DNA of 64,000 bases from the human T2T-CHM13v2.0 reference genome, Homo sapiens, in NCBI RefSeq assembly GCF_009914755.1, contig NC_060930.1; one strand, given 5' to 3'. The notes beneath the pieces were generated by a model. The model was not told the origin of the DNA. It saw only the letters and a program-made list of their open reading frames with translations, and searched no databases. The position numbers and the translations under genes were made by a program. Positions 53,675 through 64,000 of the stretch are shown piece by piece (the stretch's first letter is position 1; each line of letters starts with the position of its first letter).

Positions 53675-55449
53675 CAAGATGCCCTTTAAAAAAAGTTTAT
53701 TATGAAAAATTGTACACATATGCAAAAGTAGACATAATAGGATAATTAATTCCCATAGACATATCACTCAGATTCCCCTACTCTTGTATTATGTTAAAGC
53801 AAATTTGAGTGAGTTTTTACGATGCTGTTGCTGTTAGTGCCTAGGCAAGGACCAGACAAGACAAGGACCCAGCTCCATGCTGCTCATAGCTCAACAAAGG
53901 ATGTTTAACGACCTTGAACAGCCAAAAGACCAAGATTCTGCAATATCTGTTTCAGGCTCAGAGTATGTCCAATAATACACTTTCAATCACCAGCAATTCA
54001 AAGTCAGCTTGCCTTATTTTTAACATAACTTTGAGCTCATATATAATTTTACTAATAATTTCCCCTTTTGTTCTAATATTGCTCTGACACTTTACAGACA
54101 TCTGTAAATAGTCACTTAGTTTAGGAGAAGACATATTTAAACAATTTGTGAAATCTATAGCTTGAAATATCCTCATTTGTCTAAAGGAGATAAAAACACT
54201 CACATTGAAAAAGGTAATAGATAAAATATATCCATAAAACTTTAATGGGGGTGGGTGAAAGGATCAGTACTTGTTTCCTAGCCCTAAACTTCAATTTCTT
54301 CGGTTCACTAACTTATATATGAATGGTGAGAACTTTTTGGACTTGACTGGGCTTTGGGGCCTTCTAGAAGTGTCTAAAAGCCTGAAGGGTGGTAGTCCAT
54401 TGAGCCAGTTAGGAGCCACCATTGATGATGTTCAATGTGGTACTGCTGGTGGACAGGCTACCTGTGCCAGGGGGACAGCTGAGCTGAAAGCCAAGAGATA
54501 AAGGTGAGTTTGTTGAAGGCCAGGTAGCCAGAGAGAGGGGCACAGGAGACCTTACTTCACCCCACAGGCTGTAAGGGAGAAAAGGTAAGTCCAAGGAGGC
54601 AAAAGTTGCAATAGAACCAGGAACTAAACAAGAATCCAGTTGTTGGTTTGGAAAAGAAGAAGTGAATTATAGAGATTTTCAGCCCAGGGGAAAAAATCAG
54701 CCAGAAGGTTAGCAGTAGACCATTCAAGAGAAGTTATATGATGATTGTTTTTAGTGTTGTATTATTTTTATACCCAAGTCCAGAGGAAGGATAGAACATG
54801 GTCATTTGTTTATTCATGTATCAAGCATTGATGCCTACAGTGAACTTACGTGTGAGTAGAGAGGTAAAGAATGAGTTCCTGCTCTGAGAGAAACAGTCCA
54901 GCGAGGGACGTTGCTGTGACAGGCAGACTCAGGATGTCATGGACACGTAGGTGGGGAACCCATCTCCTCCCTGGGGGTGAAGGCCAGCAGGTCATGTAGG
55001 ACAAGATGGTACTTGGGCTGAATTGAGTAGGATGAATAGGGTTGGGCTGGCAGATACCTGAAGGAAAGAGTCACTGGAAGCAGGACAAAGACCAAGGGTA
55101 GAGAAAGGTCAAGAGGCCAGAGGAGGGCATTGAATGCTGCTCTTCCAGCGAGGGTCTGTCCTATCTCCTCATGACTGCTATGTTTCTAGTGCTGAGAACG
55201 GTGCACAGGTATTATCCACTTAAGATATGTTCAGTACATGAATGTACATGTTCGTTTATTATGGATCTAGTCGATGAATGTGTGTCCCTTTATTACAGTG
55301 GCTGTAAGGACAGTGGTGTGATGTGGCTGGGGGATGGTGAGAAGGGCACCTGGGGAGATGGACAGAGGCCACATACCAAGGGCCTGGGATACCACACTAA
55401 GGAGCTGGGACTTGCTCCATGACGGGTTGTAGTATTTCCTGGAGGATTT

Positions 55450-56180
55450 TTTAAAAAGCATTTTTATTGAGATATAATTCACGCACCACAGAGTTCACTA
55501 ATTTAAGGTATGTAATTTAATAGTGTTTAAGTCATAGAATTGTCATCCATCACCACAATCAATTTTAGAACATTTTCCTTACACCTAAAAAGCAACTCTG
55601 TTCCCCTTAACCTATCCATTCATTATTCCATTCCCTACACCCCATCCCCAAATCCCAGGCAGCCACTAATCTATAGGTTTCCCTATTCTGGACATTTCAC
55701 ATAAATGGAACCATGCAATATATGGTACCTTATATATGGTAGCCATGCAATATATGGCTTCTTTCACTTAGCACAGTGTTTTCAAAATGTATTCATGCTG
55801 TAGCATGTATCAGAATTTCATTGCTTTTTATGGCTGAGTAATATTTCATTGTATGGATATATCACATGTATTCACCCATTCATCTGTTGATAGACATTTG
55901 GGTTGTTTCCACTCTTTGGCTTTGCTGAACATGCCACTATAAACATTCATGCGCGAGCTTTAGCATGGACACAGGTTTTCATCTCTCTTATGTATGTACC
56001 TGGGAGTAGAATTGCTAGATTGCATTGTAACTCCATGTTTAACCATTTGAGGGTCTGCCAGACTCTTTTCCAAACTGGCTGCCCCATTTTACATCCCCCC
56101 AGCAATGAATAGTATATAAAAGTTCAGTTTCTCTGCAATTTTTCTGACATTTGTTATTATCTGTTATGGATGATAGCCAC
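55450..56180 (-). mobile_element. L1MB-type 3' fragment
   Basis: tttttattgagatataattcac...catcaccacaatcaattttagaacatt...ctattctggacatttcacataaatggaa. Confidence 0.85.
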
Positions 56181-56827
56181 CCTGCAGGACTTTTAAGAAA
56201 GAAAGTCAGAAGGTTCTAACTGACTGAGTTGGTGGTCAAGAAAAAGAGTTAACTCAGTCCACTTAAGAAAACTAGTGATTTTAGACACCTTACATAAATG
56301 TATTTATATTACACTTTATAGCTTGTGTATCTTATTTCCTTGTGGTCATCAGAACAACCTTTTACAGCTGGAATTACTCTTGTGACCATTTAAGAGAAGA
56401 GGGTCAGAGAGTCAGAGTAGCTCATGGCTTCCTAAATGTCACCTGCCCATGCTGCTGCAGCTGAGCTGTCTGTCCGGTTCTGGCTCCCACCTTCGGGCAA
56501 TCAAGCCACTTTCAGCTGCCTGGAGATTCACACTTTACTGAACCTCTGAGGAGTGACTGTTTATTTTGGCCAATTAAGTTTAACTTCTTAAAGCAATTAA
56601 TTAAATGTGAATATGATCATTCAGGGAAATTTGGGCAAAGATGAACACCCAAAGCAAACCGTCAATTCATTGAAAAGTTGAAGTGGAAATTATCTGATGA
56701 AGAGGGTGTTTGGTTAGAATGAGGAGGCCGAGGGGACCTCCGACGCCTCTACCTGCTTTTAAGTTTCTTCCACCTGTAAAATGAATTTACTTCCATTCTG
56801 CTGGAGGTGCCTAAAACCTATCTAGAT

Positions 56828-57158
56828 CAGGGGTTAGTAAACTATGGCCCATGGGCCCTCTGCCTATGTTTGTAGGTTGAGAATGTTGTTTGCTATTTTA
56901 AATGGCTGGAGAAAAATCAAAAGAAGGAGAATAATTCATGACACAAGATACTTATACGAAATTCAGATTTTAGTGTCTGTAAATACAGGCTTATTGGGAA
57001 ACAACCATGCACAATTGCTTGCACACTGTCTATGGCACCTTTCAAGTTACAACTGCAGACTTAAGTTGTCACAGAGACTAAGTTGTCACAGAGACTCTCG
57101 AAGCTTAAGATATTTATTCTCTGGCCTTAAAAAAAAAAAAAAACTTTGCCAACTCCTG
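56828..57158. mobile_element. MER58B-like hAT-Charlie element
   Basis: TIR-like ends caggggttagtaaact ... tttgccaactcctg; internal 17-bp tandem duplication taagttgtcacagagac. Confidence 0.75.
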
Positions 57159-57197
57159 GTGACATCAAAGTTGCTGTAAATAGAAAGTATCTCTCCT

Positions 57198-57507
57198 GTC
57201 TGGGTGCGGTGGCTCACACCTGTAATCCAGCACCTTGGGAGGCTGAGATGGGTGGATCGCTTGAGCCCAGGAATTCGAGACCAGCCTGGGCAACATGGCG
57301 AAACCCCGTCTCTACAAAAAGTACTAAAATTAGCCAGGTGTGGTGGTGCATGCCTGGAATCCCAGCTACTTGGGTGACTGAGGTGGGAGGATCACCTGAG
57401 CCCAGGAGGCAAAAGTTGCAGTGAGCTGAGATCACACCACTGCACTCCAGGCTGGGCCATAGAGGGAGATCCTGTCTCAAAATAATAATAATAATAATAA
57501 TAAAAAT
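57198..57507 (+). mobile_element. AluJ
   Basis: ggatcgcttgagcccagg; (AAT)n tail; TSD aaagta(tct/cca)ctcctg. Confidence 0.93.
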
Positions 57508-58256
57508 AAAGTACCACTCCTGACCATTTTAGCATCATAGTCTGATTTTAGAATTGAAAATGACCCTGTAGATTATCCAGTGTCCAATTACATATCTGTG
57601 TCGTTCACCTGAATTGCAGTGTTGGTCTTTTCAAAAGCTATTTGATGTTGTGGGATACTCAGAGGCACAGGTTTAAAATGAAAATCAGCCTACAAAGAAA
57701 TAACTGATCTGAATTCAGTTTGTGGAGTATCTTTAGTGTTCCCACTCCCACCCTGACCTTTATGTGGGCTTCAGGCTGGCACATGTTACAAAGAGGGATG
57801 ACTTTTCTAATCCCCACCTAAGAGTTAATCATCTTGACTCTGTTATTGTTTCAATGTGAACTTTAGAACAATTGCCTCTGCTATTTTGGCACATGGAGAT
57901 TTGCCTCCACGGTAATTATTTTGCAACCCACAAAAGTAATTATAAAATCAAACAATTTTCTTCTAAACAAGCTGTAACCTCAGCAGAGGCTCTTGGGGGG
58001 AAAAAGTTCCCGTTCTTTCGTTCTCATTTTTAGGACTGTGACATTCTGCTTCCCTTGTCCCCTTACCTCGGTTCTGAGGTTATTTCAAGTACAATAGCAA
58101 CCTGTAGTGAAGCACCATCTTCTTTTGATGCAGTCTCCTTGAAACAGTAGCACTGCTCCCTGTCTATGAGCAGAAAGAGTGCGGAACAAGTAACAGAAGG
58201 GGAAAGCAAAAGTGAATGGAATTCTTCTGGCCATGGAAAGTAAAAGAAAAAAATGG

Positions 58257-58555
58257 GGTCGGGCACAATGGCTCATGCCTGTAATCCCAGCACTTTGAGA
58301 GGCCGAAGCAGGCAGATTACTTGAGGCCAGGAGTTCGAGACCAGCCTGGCCAGGATGGCAAAACCCTGTCTCTACTAAAAATACAAAAATTAGCCGGGCA
58401 TGGTGGCACTTGCCTATAATTCCAGCTACTTGGGAGGCTGAGGCTGGAGAATCACTTGAATCCCGGAGGCAGAGGTTGGAGTGAGCTGAGATCGAGCCAC
58501 TGCACTCCAGCCTGGGTGACAGAGTGAGACTCTGTCTCAAAGAAAAAAAAAAAAA
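58257..58555 (+). mobile_element. AluS
   Basis: Full dimeric Alu with poly-A. Confidence 0.95.
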
Positions 58556-59434
58556 CGGGAATAACAGCCTACCAGACTCAGTTGCATATTAGTTTGAATT
58601 ATTGAGAGATGCATTATAGGGAGATGTTGCTGATTCTGAAGGTGTTCTCAGTAAGATTTGGCACCAGTATGTCCTCGCACAACTTGAAGGCTGAAATCTG
58701 CTGCACAATTAGGGACCATCCCTCTCTGACAGGCTGGACATCTACCAGAATTAGGTTCTTTCTTGGAAGACTTGAAGTCTGTTTATGGGCAACTGTTTGT
58801 TTGACATATCCAGTGGAAACTATAGATTGTGTTTACTTATGTTTGGAAACTGTCACCGGTCTGATGAGCTGACCTAATCCACATGATGAGAGGATGTGTA
58901 GAGAAGCAGATCTTGGCTGCAGGGACATTGCTGATCTGCTACATTTTCAAGAATCACGTCTGCAAATTTCAGTAACTCACTGATTTATGCATCCCTTTAC
59001 CATCCCCCTGAAAAGTCAAACAGGCCACCAGACAGGAGCTCATCATCCTCAAAATGATACAGTGAACCTTTTTTGCCTGCCCAAAGCCTTAATGTGCTCA
59101 TATCCAGAACAAATAGTATGTGGCTGTTTTCTACTAGTCATGATATGAATTATTCATGCACTATTAAGCAGCCTGTGGTCGGAACACCACTACCCAAAGT
59201 AAAACTCAATACAAAAGAAGAGGCTTTAATATCTGCAGCTGAAAATGCCCTTTGCCGTGGGAGTAGAAATGATGGGCTACTGGACCCCTCCCATCCTTGT
59301 CCCAGGTCTTTGAGGTTGAATCTGTGAATATCAATGCAGATTCCTGTGGTAAGACACTAGAAATGGCTTGGAATACCTGAAAAGTGTAGTAGTCATTGGG
59401 CTGCATGCCTAGGTTAATTTTTTTAGTTTTTCTA

Positions 59435-59790
<356 letters not shown>

Positions 59791-60131
59791 TTATTCTTTG
59801 GAAAAAGAAAACTTAACAAGCATCTTGGAAGACGCCCATATACAAACCAGATAAAAGGGAGATTGCTCTGGTTTAGGCCAGATGGGCAGGCCTCCCCTGA
59901 CATAGTGCCGCAGAGTCCTGGAATTTTTCAGAACTATAGTTTAAAAGTTGTTCCCTGCTGTCCTCCATTTAGATGAGATACACTGTATTGTAGGGTGGCA
60001 CTTGCATCTCTAGAATATAAGTATCACCTCATAATAGTGGACATTATACCCCAAATTTAATTCTAGGAAGACGACATCTAATAGAATAACCTGTGATGTA
60101 AGTCAGGCATAACCAGATAAGTCATATATTA

Positions 60132-60133
<2 letters not shown>

Positions 60134-60171
<38 letters not shown>
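60134..60171. repeat. (TG)19 microsatellite
   Basis: Seen directly; Z-DNA-prone and likely polymorphic. Confidence 0.95.
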
Positions 60172-60173
<2 letters not shown>

Positions 60174-62080
60174 TGTGTGTATGGGTGTGTATGGAATGTC
60201 CTAGGGCAGAGTTAGTTTTGGAAACATGTATGTATTGGCTAAAGAATTACATTACATCATATAGAAATTGGTAGGAATATAACATTTTTAGATTCAAATT
60301 ATTTCCAGAAGAATGTTTAATCTCATGCCAACGTGAATAATCACCTCTTTAAAAAAAGCAACTGCTCAGAATGAAGTTGGAACAGTTGTATAGTCCCTGT
60401 GCTCTCCTCTTAACATTGTTGATGGTTCCAAAATGCACCCCTGGTTTTATAAACAAGAGTTGAGGACCAGACAGGAATGACATTTTGCTTTTAAGCCATA
60501 ATTATGACAGATGGGTCAGCGTGCATTGCTAACTCCAAATACATAATTAGCCATAATAAAATGGTACAAATTTGCTTTGAAAATATCATAGCCTAAATCG
60601 CAGTCAGATTTAACTGGGAGAATTTCCACCATGATTTTAGAAAGCAAGTATGGCTTATTTTTATTGCAGAAATCTAAGAGTGCAATTCCTGGCAGTGTTT
60701 ACCAGAGAGAAGGAATTAGCAGCCTCTGGAGAGGGTTAGGAAAACAGAGCGCCCCTGGGAATCAGGCTCTTAAGTTTCAGTTCCAGTAGCCTCCAAACCA
60801 ACTGGGCTCGGACAGGTCATTCAGTCTCCCTGTGTTTTAAAATTCTGTGATATTTTAAAATTCTCTGTTTTCCTTCTTGCAAACGGGGCCCAGGTATAGG
60901 AGGGTCAAGCTTTTTTTCCAGAGGGTCTTGAAAATATGTAGGAGGTATCTGGAGACTTTTCACAAACAAAAAACACAGGGAGTCTTGTGCTTTTATATCC
61001 ATAGTGCTGGCTTGTAGAGAGGGAGGAAGGAGACGGATTTCTCTTTTCTTCCCGTCTTCTCCTCTCTGTTCATGGTGGTGGTGGGTGGGAGAATGGAGGA
61101 CCAAACAGGCATGTATGTGTGATTCACAGGGTGGGAGGATGATAGCCCTTTCATCTCAAGGTGAAAGCGCAGAGGGAGCCCTAGAGCTAGAGGAACAGAT
61201 GGCAGCGTTGTTGCTGCTACATTGCTTCTGGGTGTGCATGTCCTCACCCCGTGCCCAGCCAAACCTCTTCAGACTGTGCAGGTCACAGAGTAATGGCCAG
61301 CTCTAAAGATCAATGTCCTGAAGGCTGCTCTAGACACCAGAGTACCTTGCTGATGGCCAGTCCCCTGTCAAAAAAATAAAAATAAAAATAAAAAATAAAA
61401 AAAATAATAACAAGTCTGCATGTCTTAAGCAAAGGTGGTTGGGCTGAGGTTTCTAGGAAGTACAGATCCTTTTCAGAATTCAGTCCTCTGCAATACAGCT
61501 AAATCCATAGGTATCACAGAATTTTAAAAATGAACAGCTGGGTCTATGACTTAGGGATATAAGGGATTAGAGAGGATTAGGGACTGGTTGGGAAGTGGGT
61601 GGGGAGAAAGAGGGTACCGGGTACCGAGTACCTGCTCCTTTGGTCTCTTGCAAATGCTCTCTTACTTTGCTTGCTTAAGGATATTCAGAGTCACTATTTG
61701 TTGGGGTTTTTTCTTTCTTTGTCCTGCAAAAGTTTAAATTAGCCTTATTGCTTGTGAGAAAATAATAATTTTCTGCCTAGTGTTTAAATATATTGAGGTC
61801 AGTACTGTTGTATCCAGTCCAAGGTGATAAGGCAGAAAAGACAAGTTCCTTCATTTGTCTTTTATGCCAACGGGAAGTGTGGTCTGGCTAGTCCTCGGGT
61901 CCATGTTACTGCAACAGAAACCAGCAGAAGCTGTGCTCTTCCTACCAACACTTCTCAAGTTAAGGGGGCTATGTTGTGCTTCTTTGCTATTTAGTGTCCC
62001 AGAGCAGCTCTGATTACACTGTGAGAAACTATAATTCAAGTTCTATGGTTCAATGTTGAGGTTTTTGCCAACTTCAATGA

Positions 62081-62438
<358 letters not shown>

Positions 62439-63032
62439 TGATATATGGATCACACTAGGGTGGAAAACTGAGCGGAACAAAGTTAAGCAAATGTTTTTGT
62501 CTCAGAGCCCCTGGTGTGAAAATGTGCATTGGTAATCTCTAAGAACAGGGTATAGATGCTTCTTTACCCACATGCATTTTATCACACATATGTCTTGTTT
62601 TTTGTTTGTTTGTTTGTTTTGCAGAGTGCCACAGGTGACTAATGTCCTAGAGGAAAATTAATGTGCTGCGTTAGAATCTTCCAATAGAAAGTACTGTATT
62701 GACTGACTACATTCCCACTTGTGAGAGATAAAGAAACACACACTGAGATTCCTTTGTGATTTGTTCTTTTCTACCAGAAGCTATTAGCTTGAAACTATAG
62801 CATAGTAATTGAGAAGAAATGTTTCCACTGTTGCTGGACATACTTATTCAGTGATTTTTAGTTAACAGAGATATAAATGCAAATTAAATTATTATATCAA
62901 TCATACTTTTGCTTCAATCAATCCAGGAATCAGGAGCTTCCTCTTTTCCATAGCAGGCAGTATGACAGAATGATAGGGCAGGGTTGATGCTTCTGGAGAC
63001 CTTGTGATTGCAATGCCTGGAATATTTCGGGT

Positions 63033-63259
63033 CAGCGTTTTTCAGGCTGAGGACTGTTGACATTTTATGCTGGATAATTCTTTACTATTGGGGAGTGTCA
63101 GGTGCGTCCTGTACATTGTAGGATGTTTAGCAGCATGCCTGGACTCTACCCACTAGATGCCAGTAGCACCCACCTCCCATTTGTGGCAACCATAAGTATC
63201 TCTAGACCTTGCCAAATGTCACCTTGGAGACAAGATTGCTCCTGAGTTGAGAGCCACTG
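63033..63259. mobile_element. MER20 hAT-Charlie element
   Basis: cattgtaggatgtttagcagcatgcctggactctacccactagatgccagtagcac...gttgagagccactg. Confidence 0.85.
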
Positions 63260-63469
63260 AATAAGGAGCAAGGTGGGTACTGCTGACCACGAGTGAGTTC
63301 ACCAAAGCAAGAGTTCAGTGTGGACTAGTGTCTAGGAGGAGGCTTTGTATGAAGAGGCTGGTTTGGATTAGTAGATTGAGGAAGGGAGAAATGCTAAGTG
63401 GGGGGAATAACATGAACACTGGCAGAGGGAAGGAAGGAAGAGTAGGTGTACTGGCTTTTTGGATATTAG

Positions 63470-63650
63470 CAGTAATAACATTGCTTATTCACTTATTATG
63501 TGCCAATTATGAGAATTAATCTAATCTTCCCGGGATAGATACTATTTATCTCAATTTGGTAGAAAAGGAAAATGAGGCTCAGTTGAACTAGATAGTATGC
63601 CTGAGTCTCACTGGTAGTAAGTGTTGGGGTTAGAGTTTGAAACCAGGTTT
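63470..63650 (-). mobile_element. MIR SINE
   Basis: gaaaaggaaaatgaggctcag...ctggtagtaagtgttggggttagagtttgaaaccagg. Confidence 0.6.
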
Positions 63651-64000
63651 CTTTTAATTACAAGACTGTATTAAAATGATATGAATTTGAAAGAACATCA
63701 GGTAAGATTAAAGAATGTTAAATTGTAGACAGAAATGTCTGGACTTCAGGGGATGCCCTGCATAAAGTAACGGCAGAGTCTTCAGCAGAGGAGTGGTTTG
63801 GTGAAAAGGGCATATTGGATTCATCTCGCAGCATCAGCCGTGCAGAAGGGATGGGGAATTGATTGGAAGTGGGCTGAGATGATGTGGGGCTGAGCAAGCT
63901 ATAGTACAGGTGTGGAGGAGTGGGGCTTGGCATGGCTAGTGACGGCAGAATTTAATGGGCTTCACTCATATAGTACTGCCATCATTCAGCAGGCAAAATA

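Noticed and set aside
61612-61632. Vector polylinker contamination (tandem KpnI sites)
   Set aside because: No other cloning sites or vector sequence; the third copy is degenerate, consistent with natural micro-duplication

Overview
Primate (almost certainly human) genomic DNA, not prokaryotic. There are about 22 Alu copies or fragments (J, S and Y types), many MIR/L2/L1 relics, DNA-transposon fossils (MER82, MER44, MER5A, MER3, MER58, MER20) and seven solo LTRs. The only well-supported gene feature is a CpG-island promoter (~47700-49520, with TATA-like, CCAAT and GC boxes) and a + strand first coding exon. That exon runs from ATG 48347 to a strong donor ACG|GTGAGT at 48599/48600 (84 codons, phase 1). 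I tentatively read it as an internal alternative first exon of PHACTR1, from recollection only and not verified. All seven LTRs are antisense, which suggests the whole window lies in a long + strand intron. Nearly all other listed ORFs are repeat-derived or chance. The best leads are a Cys/His cluster in the exon peptide, a second phase-1 candidate first exon (49179-49221), a textbook recursive-splice-like site (21625/21626), and a cluster of solo ERV LTRs at 24.0-27.7 kb with cryptic acceptors and an Oct-Sox motif. I see no solid evidence for a wholly new biological system. Repeat family names are from recalled consensus sequences and old-repeat boundaries are approximate.
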